Origin: a virus
Taxonomy: Duplodnaviria; Caudoviricetes
Strand: one strand, 5' to 3'
IMG/VR virus record: IMGVR_UViG_3300022602_000025
Length of the DNA stretch: 64,000 nt
Position 1 is the first letter of the stretch. Each line of letters starts with the position of its first letter. The notes under the pieces were generated by a model. The model worked only from the letters and a program-made list of their open reading frames with translations, was not told the origin of the DNA and made no database searches. This document shows positions 39,936-49,184 of the stretch, piece after piece. The translations under genes and the position numbers were made by a program.

Positions 39936-40691
39936 ATGCAAATGATTGACGTACTTAAAAGATTAGCTGAGTTAGACGAGTCTAACCCTCGTGTTGAAAC
40001 AACACAAATTGCTCAAGAGCAATCATTGGCAACATTAACTAATCTATCAGGCCAAACAAAAAAGATTAATGAATCTACAGTCGCTGAATGCGGACCGATG
40101 GGAATGATGGGCGGCATGGATCGTCCTAGCACTCCAGCAAGTTTTAGCATTAATGCTTCTGCTGAATCAGGCGACGAAGTTGCAGGTATGCTTAGCCAAA
40201 TTTTAAATTTAGCAGGCGTTAAGGAAGTTGGTCCACAAGATATTAATCCACACACTGAAATTGAACTTGAGCCAGCACATGATGTTCAAGTAGACAAAGG
40301 TGGTGATGACATGGCTAGCTTGATCGGTCTAGTTGACAAGATCAATGGTCCTGCAGATGGTGGCGATGATACTCCTGACGTAGGCGACATGGCTGACGAA
40401 GTTCGCGGCATGGCTGATGAAATGGGCGGTAGTCCAGATGTAGGCGCTATGGCAGATGAAGTTCGTGACATGACAGACGAATTAAAAGACGAAGGCGTAG
40501 GTGCAGGGTTTGATACAGCAACTACAACTCCAGATGAAAAAATACAATCACACGATTATGGCAACAAAGAAGTAAAACCAAAACCACAAGGCTTCCCACA
40601 ACGTCAAGGCGATAATCCATATACTCAAGTTGAATCTGTAGCATCGCAACTATTAAAAGACTATCAGAACTTTATTAACGAACAAAAATAA
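39936..40691 (+). CDS. Acidic prohead core/scaffold-like protein
   Basis: Very Asp/Glu-rich, with an ILNLAGV motif and a 2x ~20-aa repeat (DVGDMADEVRGMADE / DVGAMADEVRDMTDE). Confidence 0.5.
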   Translation: MQMIDVLKRLAELDESNPRVETTQIAQEQSLATLTNLSGQTKKINESTVAECGPMGMMGGMDRPSTPASFSINASAESGDEVAGMLSQILNLAGVKEVGPQDINPHTEIELEPAHDVQVDKGGDDMASLIGLVDKINGPADGGDDTPDVGDMADEVRGMADEMGGSPDVGAMADEVRDMTDELKDEGVGAGFDTATTTPDEKIQSHDYGNKEVKPKPQGFPQRQGDNPYTQVESVASQLLKDYQNFINEQK

Positions 40692-40708
40692 TAATAAAAA
40701 GTACTACC

Positions 40709-40736
40709 AAATAGGCTCTACGGAGCCTATTTTTTT
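40709..40736 (+). terminator. Rho-independent terminator with UACG tetraloop
   Basis: AAATAGGCTC-TACG-GAGCCTATTT plus T tract, immediately followed by TAAATA-5 nt-ATG of the terminase. Confidence 0.9.
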
Positions 40737-40750
40737 CATTAAATAAAAGT

Positions 40751-42328
40751 ATGGCAAAATCATTAGACGGCGTATTAGTAAAAACCGCCCATAAAAAAGA
40801 AAGATTTACAGAACAGGACGTCCTTGACATCCAAGGGTGTATGAGCGATCCTCATTATTTCCTAGATCGTTTCTTTCATATCCAACATCCAACAAAGGGT
40901 AAACTTCTTTACAAACCTTTTGAATATCAAAAACGATTAATTGACAGTTATCACGACCATCGTTTTAACGTAAACTTGTTACCACGTCAAACTGGTAAAA
41001 CTACAACAGCTGCAGGATATCTGCTGTGGTACGCTATGTTTGTTCCAGACAGCACGATTCTAATTGCCGCACACAAATACACAGGCGCACAGGAAATTAT
41101 GAACCGTATTCGTTATGCTTACGAATTGTGCCCTAATCATATACGTTGCGGAGTTACTAGCTATAACAAACAAAGTATAGAATTTGACAACGGCTCACGT
41201 ATTGTAGCGCAGACAACTACAGAAACAACAGGTCGTGGTATGTCATTATCACTACTATACTGTGACGAGTTTGCGTTCGTACCGCCCAACATCGCCACTG
41301 AATTCTGGACTTCAATTTCGCCTACATTAGCAACTGGTGGTAAGGCAATTATTACATCAACGCCAAACTCAGACGAAGACCAATTTGCTCTAATATGGAA
41401 CGAAGCTAACAAACGAGAAGATGAGTACGGAAATCTTCAAGAAGTAGGACGCAACGGATTCTTTCCGTTTAAGGCACATTGGAGAGAACATCCAGATCGT
41501 AACGATCAATGGGCCGCAGAAGAAAAAGGTCGTATTGGTGAAGAGCGGTTCCGTCGTGAACACGAGTGCGAATTCTTAATCTTTGACGAAACACTGATCA
41601 ACAGTATCAGCTTGTCAGATATGGAAGGAATAGAGCCTATAATGAAAATGGGCCAGGTCCGCTGGTACAAAAAAGTTAATCCTGATTGTACATACATCAT
41701 AAGTCTAGACCCTAGTTTAGGTACAGGTGGCGACTATGCAGGACTTGAAGTATTTGAATTACCCACATTTGAACAGGTAGCAGAGTGGCACCATAATACT
41801 ACCCGTGTACAAGAACAGGTGCGAATAATGCGAGATATCGCTAAGTTTATCGATGACGAATGTAATAAGGAAGATAAAAATTCTAACATATATTACTCCG
41901 TTGAAAACAACGCCCTAGGTGAAGGTGCTTTAGTTGCTATTAACGAATTAGGCGAAGAATCCTTTCCAGGTCTGTTTTTAAGTGAACCTATTAAGAAAGG
42001 GCATGTACGCAGATTCCGCAAAGGATTTAACACTACTAGCAAGAGCAAAATCGCTATTTGTGCAAAGCTAAAACAGTTAATTGAAAATCGAGTCTTAAAA
42101 ATCTATTCTAAGCCCTTAATAAGCCAGTTGAAAGCATACGTAGCCAAGGGGTTAGGTTTTGAGGCAAAAGTAGGCGAACATGACGACTTAGTGGCGTCAT
42201 TATTGCTGAATTTACGCATGATTATGCTGTTACAAGACTGGGATCCTAGTGTATACGAAAAAATGCACGAACACGTAACAGAAGACCTATTATTACCGAT
42301 GCCTATCTACATAGGCGCATCAATATAA
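40751..42328 (+). CDS. gp17: Terminase large subunit
   Basis: LLPRQTGKTT Walker A, LLYCDEFAF Walker B, IITSTPN, nuclease SLDPSLGTGGDY, HDDLV. Confidence 0.97.
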   Translation: MAKSLDGVLVKTAHKKERFTEQDVLDIQGCMSDPHYFLDRFFHIQHPTKGKLLYKPFEYQKRLIDSYHDHRFNVNLLPRQTGKTTTAAGYLLWYAMFVPDSTILIAAHKYTGAQEIMNRIRYAYELCPNHIRCGVTSYNKQSIEFDNGSRIVAQTTTETTGRGMSLSLLYCDEFAFVPPNIATEFWTSISPTLATGGKAIITSTPNSDEDQFALIWNEANKREDEYGNLQEVGRNGFFPFKAHWREHPDRNDQWAAEEKGRIGEERFRREHECEFLIFDETLINSISLSDMEGIEPIMKMGQVRWYKKVNPDCTYIISLDPSLGTGGDYAGLEVFELPTFEQVAEWHHNTTRVQEQVRIMRDIAKFIDDECNKEDKNSNIYYSVENNALGEGALVAINELGEESFPGLFLSEPIKKGHVRRFRKGFNTTSKSKIAICAKLKQLIENRVLKIYSKPLISQLKAYVAKGLGFEAKVGEHDDLVASLLLNLRMIMLLQDWDPSVYEKMHEHVTEDLLLPMPIYIGASI

Positions 42329-42336
42329 ATATACAA

Positions 42337-44994
42337 ATGAAACCAATTGAAATTATTGCCAGCGATTTATTCGACAAAGTACGCAGTCGTTTTACCAACT
42401 TACAAATGGGTGACGAGGGCGGTGCTGTTACAGTAACCCCTGAAGATGCTAGATTTTTTGACTTTGACTTCGTTATTGAGGGCAATAATTTAGGCCGCGT
42501 TAGTATCAGTATTAACGAAACAGGCAATTTAAAGATTTATTACAGTCAGGGCATTACAGAAGCATCTGACAGTATTTCACAATCAATGTGGTATGATTTC
42601 TTACGTGAAATGCGTTTCTTTGCTAAACGCAGACTGTTAAGATTTGATACTAGAGATATAACCAAAGGTAACTTGGACAAGACAGATTTCCAGTACCTTG
42701 CACAGAATGGAAACAAGGATCCCAATATGAACGAATCAGCCATGTACGGAAGTTCTAAAACTTCACATAGAAAACTAGAAGACACTGATCTTATTATACG
42801 CCACTCAGAAGCAATTGATCCAACAAAGCCAGGCGCCCGTAGCCGTAAAATTAAGAACTTGTTTATTCAAAATTCTGAAGGCGAGCGTTTTAAATTTCCA
42901 TTCATTTATTTGCCTGGTGCCCGTGCTATGCAACGTCATATTGCTAACGGTGGTGTTCCACACGATGATGCAGGTAAACACATTATTAAAACTTGTGAAG
43001 AAATTGCCAAGTTAGGCGAGTTCCACAAGAAAGTAAAATACAGTACACTAAACGATAATGCACATGCTATCATTGAACGTGCTATTGATAAACTAAAAAA
43101 ATTACGCCATCACTGTGAGTGCATGAGCAAGCAAGGTTATTACGAGCAATGGAAAGAAGCGTTCCATCCAGATGAAGATAGCATTACAGAATTAGATGAT
43201 GCTACTATGGAAAGCTATCGTGATACATTTACACAAGAAAAGTTTGACGAAGCATTACAAGACATGTTCCCACTGATCCATCGTATCATGCAAGAAGCAG
43301 GTATAGTTGATTTAGAAGATTATGTAGGTGAAGATGTTAGTGGTCCAGCAGATGAGGAAGATGATCACGATCGTGGTTACAACGCATTTGAAACTTTTGA
43401 AGGTTGGGCAGATGCTATTGTTGAAAATACATTAGAGCCAGAAACAGTTACTCAGTTAAGCGCATTAATGACACAAGGTCTACCAGAGGGTGGGCAAGGT
43501 GTTGATGCGTACATTCAATCATTAAATGCTATGGGCATCGATGATGATTCACTAATGGATGCGTTAGAAAAGATCAATCAAATGAATCCTAACGCTGATG
43601 ATCAAACAATTAGATCAGTTATTGCAACTTGGTTGGAAGGAGAAGATCCACAAGCGGCTCAATCTATCCTATCACAAGCTCAGCCACAACAACAAGCACA
43701 AGCTGAACCTGCAGAGTCATTTGATATCGGTATGGGACAAGCTAATATGGGCGAAGATGCAGATCAATATATTGCATGTGTTGTTGACTTTGATCGTAGC
43801 GGACAACCTAAAGTTGCCCGTACAAAACCAGTTAGCAAAGAACGTGCTGAAGAAATTATTGCAGGTGCAAAAACTAAAAACACATTTACAAATCCTCCGT
43901 TCATGACAATCTATCCAGCAAGCGAAGGCAAACTAGACGGAGAAACAATCATGAAAAAATTCCCAGACATGAGCAAAGAAGATTCAGCGGCTATGGAAGA
44001 AACAATGAAGAATAAAGATGTTGCTGATAAGAGCTACTTAAAAACAGCAGGCAAAAAACAAGGTGTAGTAGGTAAGACTATCGACACAATGAAGCAAGCT
44101 GGTAAGTGGTTAGCAGGCAAAGGTGGCCCAGGTAAAGAAGGCCCAACATATGAAGGTTACTACCTAGGTCCAGAAGATCTTCCAGATTGGACTAAGGATG
44201 CTGTACATCGTGTTGCCGCAGGTAAAGTAAAAGATTGGACAGAATTATATGCTGAACTAATCAGCGATTTAGGCATCGAAGGCGACAAAGCAGAACGCAT
44301 CGCTCGTAGAATATACGGCCATGATTCACTTGCAAAATACAAAGTAAAAGCACAAGGCGATATGGAAAAAGATATCCCAAGCGACTCTGATAGCAGTGAC
44401 GACGATGCAGAGTTTTTAAGCAAGATGCGTAGTCAAGCACGTTCTGGTAGTATCAAATCAAACGACTTTGGTGCTGAAAAAGATGAAGATAGCATTGATC
44501 CAGACACAAGTGATGATGAGAAATTAATTGAACCAGAGGGTCCAAAACAAGCTAGCAAGGAAGATATTGCTAAAGCTGTTATTGGTTTCTTTGATAAAGA
44601 ACACGGCACATGGACTAAAGGTCGTCCTGGTATCGTAGCATCAGTAACACGTGAGTTTGGTGAAGAAGCAGGCGAACTAGCTAAACACTTAATCATCGCA
44701 CTAAGTAAAAAATATCCAATGCGTGATGAGCCAGAAACAGATGAGCCAGAAGTAGAATCTCAAATGGAATCAATTCGCAAGTTAGCAGGACTACCTGCAC
44801 TAACAGAAGCAGAAAAGAAAAAATGGGTCAAGGATGCTGTTAAGGGCGTTAAGAAAGGCGCACTAAGCAAGCAAGAAGGTAAAAAGAAAGGCGAGAAGTT
44901 TTCCAAAAGCGAACTAAAAGGTTTGAAAAAATCAGGTACACCGTTGGAAAAGAAACGTGCTAACTTTGCACTAAACATCCAAAAGAAAAAATAA
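42337..44994 (+). CDS. Large acidic head-associated protein with basic C-terminal module (885 aa)
   Basis: Follows the terminase under its own TATAAATA. Acidic low-complexity middle, an ESIRKLAGL motif, and a Lys-rich last ~60 aa. Confidence 0.6.
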   Translation: MKPIEIIASDLFDKVRSRFTNLQMGDEGGAVTVTPEDARFFDFDFVIEGNNLGRVSISINETGNLKIYYSQGITEASDSISQSMWYDFLREMRFFAKRRLLRFDTRDITKGNLDKTDFQYLAQNGNKDPNMNESAMYGSSKTSHRKLEDTDLIIRHSEAIDPTKPGARSRKIKNLFIQNSEGERFKFPFIYLPGARAMQRHIANGGVPHDDAGKHIIKTCEEIAKLGEFHKKVKYSTLNDNAHAIIERAIDKLKKLRHHCECMSKQGYYEQWKEAFHPDEDSITELDDATMESYRDTFTQEKFDEALQDMFPLIHRIMQEAGIVDLEDYVGEDVSGPADEEDDHDRGYNAFETFEGWADAIVENTLEPETVTQLSALMTQGLPEGGQGVDAYIQSLNAMGIDDDSLMDALEKINQMNPNADDQTIRSVIATWLEGEDPQAAQSILSQAQPQQQAQAEPAESFDIGMGQANMGEDADQYIACVVDFDRSGQPKVARTKPVSKERAEEIIAGAKTKNTFTNPPFMTIYPASEGKLDGETIMKKFPDMSKEDSAAMEETMKNKDVADKSYLKTAGKKQGVVGKTIDTMKQAGKWLAGKGGPGKEGPTYEGYYLGPEDLPDWTKDAVHRVAAGKVKDWTELYAELISDLGIEGDKAERIARRIYGHDSLAKYKVKAQGDMEKDIPSDSDSSDDDAEFLSKMRSQARSGSIKSNDFGAEKDEDSIDPDTSDDEKLIEPEGPKQASKEDIAKAVIGFFDKEHGTWTKGRPGIVASVTREFGEEAGELAKHLIIALSKKYPMRDEPETDEPEVESQMESIRKLAGLPALTEAEKKKWVKDAVKGVKKGALSKQEGKKKGEKFSKSELKGLKKSGTPLEKKRANFALNIQKKK

Positions 44995-45005
44995 TCAAAT
45001 AAATC

Positions 45006-45052
45006 TTGACTAACTAAGAAAACTAGCATATAATAATGTATGCTAGTTTTTT
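45006..45052 (+). promoter_or_regulatory. Sigma70 promoter overlapping a hairpin/T tract (copy 1)
   Basis: TTGACT(45006)-17-TATAAT(45029), with the inverted repeat AAAACTAGCATA/TATGCTAGTTTT around the -10. Confidence 0.8.
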
Positions 45053-45070
45053 TATCTCTGAAGGTTTCTT

Positions 45071-45631
45071 ATGAATTATAATTGCCCTTGGTATTTCAAA
45101 ATACCAAATCACGTACCTCCAACAGTATGCGATGCTATTATTAGTCAAGCTCGAGAGCTGGAACTTAGACAAGCTAGAATTGGATTAAACCCAGATCAAT
45201 CTGTATTAGATGATCAAACTAGAAATAATAAAATTGCATTTATTAGCCGCGATAGTTGGTTAAGCGGAATCCTAACAAGTTTTGGTGCGATGGCAAATGA
45301 CAAAGCCCACTGGAATTTTCATATTGCAGAATCTGATGATATACAAATAGCATCTTACAAAGAAGGCGAAAAATACGACTGGCACACTGACGAAAGCATC
45401 CTATCTCGCATGGGTGCAGTACAACGTAAAATAACAGTGGTATTACAGCTAAACAACACTAGTGAATTTACAGGTGGCGGACTATTCCTAAAAGGAGTAG
45501 AAGGTAATTTATTAGCCAATCAAGGCGACATCGTTGCGTTTCCTTCTTATATGGAACACATCGCAGAAACAGTAACCTCAGGTGAACGGCTTTCTGCAGC
45601 AACTTGGATAATGGGAAATTATTTTTCATGA
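45071..45631 (+). CDS. 2OG-Fe(II) oxygenase (prolyl-4-hydroxylase/PKHD-like)
   Basis: Y..GEKYDWHTD, RKITVVLQL...FTGG, GDIVAFPSYMEH...VTSGER. Confidence 0.9.
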   Translation: MNYNCPWYFKIPNHVPPTVCDAIISQARELELRQARIGLNPDQSVLDDQTRNNKIAFISRDSWLSGILTSFGAMANDKAHWNFHIAESDDIQIASYKEGEKYDWHTDESILSRMGAVQRKITVVLQLNNTSEFTGGGLFLKGVEGNLLANQGDIVAFPSYMEHIAETVTSGERLSAATWIMGNYFS

Positions 45632-46248
45632 TTAAAGATAACGTAATTATAATTGACAACGCAATCAGCGAAGGTCAACAAGACATATTAGAACAACTGT
45701 GTACCAGTGTAGACTTTCCTTGGTACTATCAGCAATCTGCGGCCTATAGTCCAGAGATGTATAAGCTGATGGGAGACAACTTGTATTTCCCAGTTACTGA
45801 TCAATCTCGCGAAACTCCGTTTTTATGTCATGTAGTGTATAACTCAGTGGAAAAGGCTGTAACACACTTTTTACATTATTTTACACCATTGATTACAGCG
45901 GTACCTACTACAGTTGATCAACTGATTAGTATCAGAACTAATCTAACATATCCAGACCCTAGTGCAGGTCCTAATACTCACGGAATGCCACACGTAGATT
46001 GTGATCATCCAAGATTAATCACAGCGATCTATTATGTAAACGACAGCGATGGTGAAACTATTATTTTTAACCAACGCAGAGGATCACCCGATGAGCTCAC
46101 AATCAAACAACGAATCATGCCAAAGCGTGGCAGACTGGTTGTATTTGATGGCACATTCTTACACGCAGGCAACACTCCACGCAACGGTGGACCACGAATT
46201 GTTGTTAATTTGAATATGATTGGATATACCAATAATACGGCAAATTAA
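45628..46248 (+). CDS. 2OG-Fe(II) oxygenase
   Basis: PHVD, AIYYVNDSDGET, PKRGRLVVFDG..LHAG, RIVVN. Start moved to the ATG overlapping the upstream TGA. Confidence 0.85.
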   Translation: MIKDNVIIIDNAISEGQQDILEQLCTSVDFPWYYQQSAAYSPEMYKLMGDNLYFPVTDQSRETPFLCHVVYNSVEKAVTHFLHYFTPLITAVPTTVDQLISIRTNLTYPDPSAGPNTHGMPHVDCDHPRLITAIYYVNDSDGETIIFNQRRGSPDELTIKQRIMPKRGRLVVFDGTFLHAGNTPRNGGPRIVVNLNMIGYTNNTAN

Positions 46249-46272
46249 TATCAAAATTATTATGTTATTCTA

Positions 46273-46312
46273 TTGACATGATAAATAAACTAGCATACAA
46301 TGTAATGTATGC
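46273..46312 (+). promoter_or_regulatory. Dual sigma70/late promoter with hairpin upstream of gp32 (copy 2)
   Basis: TTGACA(46273)-17-TACAAT(46296), a TAAATA inside the spacer (46282), and a GCATACA/TGTATGC inverted repeat. Confidence 0.8.
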
Positions 46313-46384
46313 AAAGATTCTTAGATGTAGTTGCATTTAAGAAACAGGCATAAAACAAAGGCACATAATATAAGGAGAAATAAC

Positions 46385-47398
46385 ATGGCATCTTTGGCAG
46401 AAATTAGAGCAAAACTTCAGGCATCAAGCCAACAAAACACTGGCGGTTCCGCTGGTGGTGACAACGCAATTTTCGCACACTGGAACATCAAAGAAGGTAG
46501 TACTACAACAGTACGTTTCCTACCTGATGCAGACCCAAACAACACTTTCTTCTGGATTGAACGAGCAATGATCAAATTGCCATTCGCCGGAATCAAAGGT
46601 GAAACAAATTCCAAACCCGTAACAGTACAAGTACCTTGCATGGAAATGTGGGGAGAAACTTGTCCTATTCTTACTGAGGTTCGTCCTTGGTTTAAAGACA
46701 AGAGCTTGGAAGATATGGGTCGTAAGTATTGGAAAAAGCGTAGTTACTTGTTCCAAGGTTTTGTAACTAACACCGATTTACAAGAAGATAAAACACCAGA
46801 AAATCCAATCCGTCGTTTTATCATTGGTAGCCAAATTTTCAATCTTGTTAAGAATGCTCTTATGGATTCTGAGATTGAAGAACTACCAACAGACTATGTT
46901 CGTGGTTTAGATTTCAAAATCACAAAAACATCAAAGGGTGGTTATGCAGACTATTCAACATCAACTTGGGCTCGTCGTGAACGTACTTTGAGCGATGAAG
47001 AAAAAGCCGCTATTGACACTCATGGTTTGTTTGATTTAAAATCATTCTTACCTAAGAAACCAGGCGAAGTAGAACTCAAGGTTATCAAAGAAATGTTCGA
47101 AGCATCAGTAGATGGCGAAGCATTTGATATGGACCGTTGGGGACAATACTACAAGCCAGCAGGTATGGGTGGTAGTGGTCAAGCAACTGGTGCTCCAAAA
47201 GCATCAGCAGCTGTGTCAACAACCGCAGGAGAAGATGATGAGGCCCCTTTTGAGACAGCGGCGTCAGCACCCGCAGCTCAAGTTGCTGAAAAGGCTCCTG
47301 TGGCAGAGAAAACTGAATCAGCGTCAGCAGGTTCGGATGCAAGTGATAGAGCAAAAGATATCCTTGCAATGATTCGCAATCGCCAAGCAAAACAATAA
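46385..47398 (+). CDS. gp32: Single-stranded DNA-binding protein
   Basis: VRFLPD...FW.ER, CMEMWGETCPIL, LDFKITKTSKGGYADYSTS, acidic/Ala-rich tail. True start MASLAEIR follows the SD aaggag. Confidence 0.92.
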   Translation: MASLAEIRAKLQASSQQNTGGSAGGDNAIFAHWNIKEGSTTTVRFLPDADPNNTFFWIERAMIKLPFAGIKGETNSKPVTVQVPCMEMWGETCPILTEVRPWFKDKSLEDMGRKYWKKRSYLFQGFVTNTDLQEDKTPENPIRRFIIGSQIFNLVKNALMDSEIEELPTDYVRGLDFKITKTSKGGYADYSTSTWARRERTLSDEEKAAIDTHGLFDLKSFLPKKPGEVELKVIKEMFEASVDGEAFDMDRWGQYYKPAGMGGSGQATGAPKASAAVSTTAGEDDEAPFETAASAPAAQVAEKAPVAEKTESASAGSDASDRAKDILAMIRNRQAKQ

Positions 47399-47411
47399 TT
47401 AGGAGATAGGC

Positions 47412-48479
47412 ATGACAAAGAGCTTTGATATTTCGAAGTTCCGTAAGTCTATCACTAAATCTATTGATGGCTTAGGAATTGGTTTCAACGATCCAACAGA
47501 TTGGATCTCAACTGGCAACTATGCACTAAACTATCTTATCTCAGGGGACTTCTTTAAGGGAGTTCCCCTTGGTAAGGTTACAGTTTTTGCAGGAGAGTCG
47601 GGCGCAGGTAAATCATATATCTGTTCAGGTAACATTATTAAGTCCGCACAAGAACAGGGCATTTTTGTTGTCTTAATTGACACAGAAAACGCACTAGATC
47701 AAGCGTGGTTAGAAGCATTAGGTGTTGATATTTCAGAAGAAAAACTTTTGAAACTTAACATGGCGATGATTGATGATGTTGCAAAAACTATCAACGAGTT
47801 CATGAAAGAATACAAATCAATGCCAGACGAAGAACGTCCAAAGGTATTGTTTGTAATCGACTCACTTGGTATGTTGCTTACTCCAACTGACGTAAATCAG
47901 TTTGAAGCAGGCGACTTAAAAGGTGATATGGGCCGTAAACCTAAAGCACTTACAGCATTAGTTCGTAACTGTGTAAATCAGTTTGGTAACTATAATGTTG
48001 GACTTGTTTGTACAAATCACACATACGCTAGTCAAGATATGTTTGATCCAGATGATAAAATCTCAGGCGGACAAGGCTTCGTTTACGCAAGTTCTATCGT
48101 GGTTGCCATGAAGAAGTTGAAGTTGAAAGAAGACGAAGATGGTAATAAAGTAAGTGATGTATTGGGTATTCGTAGTGCTTGTAAGATTATGAAAACTCGT
48201 TACGCAAAACCGTTTGAAAGTGTACAAGTTAAGATTCCGTACTCAACAGGTATGGCTCCTACTTCCGGATTAGTTGACATGTTCGAGAAAATGGGTGTAT
48301 TATCTAAAGTCGGGAATAAATTAGCATACACTAGTAAGGAAACTGGTGAGATTGTTGCAGAGTTCCGTAAAAACTGGACTGAAGATAAGTTACATATCAT
48401 CATGAAAGAATGGGATGCTAACGCTCTCGCAACTACTACAACAACAACTACTACTGACGCAGAGGAAGAAGAAGCATAA
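47412..48479 (+). CDS. uvsX: RecA-like recombinase
   Basis: FAGESGAGKS Walker A, IDTENALD, VIDSLG, DMGRK, TNHTY, SGG.GF.YASSI. Confidence 0.95.
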   Translation: MTKSFDISKFRKSITKSIDGLGIGFNDPTDWISTGNYALNYLISGDFFKGVPLGKVTVFAGESGAGKSYICSGNIIKSAQEQGIFVVLIDTENALDQAWLEALGVDISEEKLLKLNMAMIDDVAKTINEFMKEYKSMPDEERPKVLFVIDSLGMLLTPTDVNQFEAGDLKGDMGRKPKALTALVRNCVNQFGNYNVGLVCTNHTYASQDMFDPDDKISGGQGFVYASSIVVAMKKLKLKEDEDGNKVSDVLGIRSACKIMKTRYAKPFESVQVKIPYSTGMAPTSGLVDMFEKMGVLSKVGNKLAYTSKETGEIVAEFRKNWTEDKLHIIMKEWDANALATTTTTTTTDAEEEEA

Positions 48480-48728
48480 ATGGATGAACATCTAATTATG
48501 ACAATTTGGGATATGTTCCGTGAATATATCCCTGAGAAAAATCGTGAAATGGCAGCAAATCAATATGTTGATTTTTTGTTGGGTAATGATATTGACGTGG
48601 ACACACTTCAATCTTACACAGGATATGATCCTCATCTTGATGAAGCTATAAAATCTGTAACCGATGAAGAAGAATCTTTTGAAGAAGAAGATGACGGCTA
48701 CGGGTACGACGAAGACGAGGATTATTAA
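48480..48728 (+). CDS. Hypothetical acidic protein (82 aa)
   Basis: Abuts uvsX and uvsY; acidic C-terminus. Confidence 0.65.
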   Translation: MDEHLIMTIWDMFREYIPEKNREMAANQYVDFLLGNDIDVDTLQSYTGYDPHLDEAIKSVTDEEESFEEEDDGYGYDEDEDY

Positions 48729-49183
48729 TGAGCTGGTACTCAAAAGTTAGTAAAGATATTAGTCATCTGCCTGACTGTATTGAGTACTATTACGGCGAAT
48801 TAACCACAGCACGGCAAGAGGTTAAGGTCTATGGAAACTTAGAAAAAACCTCTGCTGCGCTGCCCGGAATTGTTGAACACAGATTTAATCAATTGCAGGA
48901 AATCGAAGGTGTGTTGGAGTATCTGAACATCGAACTCCGACGCACTCGTTCGAAAGCATTTAAAAAATATTTGGAAAACTATCAACGTGCTTTGAGCAGT
49001 CGTGATTGCGAAAAGTATTGTGAAGGTGAGCCAGATGTTGTTGATCTAGAAAAGATCGTAAACGAATTTGCTCTATTAAGAAATCAATGGTTAGGCATTA
49101 TTAAGGCGTTAGATATCAAGCAATGGCAAGTATCTAATATTATTAAACTACGTACCGCAGGTATGGAAGACGTGCAAATTTAA
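48728..49183 (+). CDS. uvsY: Recombination mediator
   Basis: Helical; ALSSRDCEKYCEGEPDV...KALDIKQWQVSNIIKLRTAG. Sits between uvsX and uvsW. Confidence 0.8.
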   Translation: MSWYSKVSKDISHLPDCIEYYYGELTTARQEVKVYGNLEKTSAALPGIVEHRFNQLQEIEGVLEYLNIELRRTRSKAFKKYLENYQRALSSRDCEKYCEGEPDVVDLEKIVNEFALLRNQWLGIIKALDIKQWQVSNIIKLRTAGMEDVQI

Positions 49184-49184
49184 T

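Noticed and set aside
48428-48460. (ACW)n run at the end of uvsX as a phase-variable tract
   Set aside because: It is an in-frame mixed-codon poly-Thr in a disordered tail. Slippage would not shift the frame.
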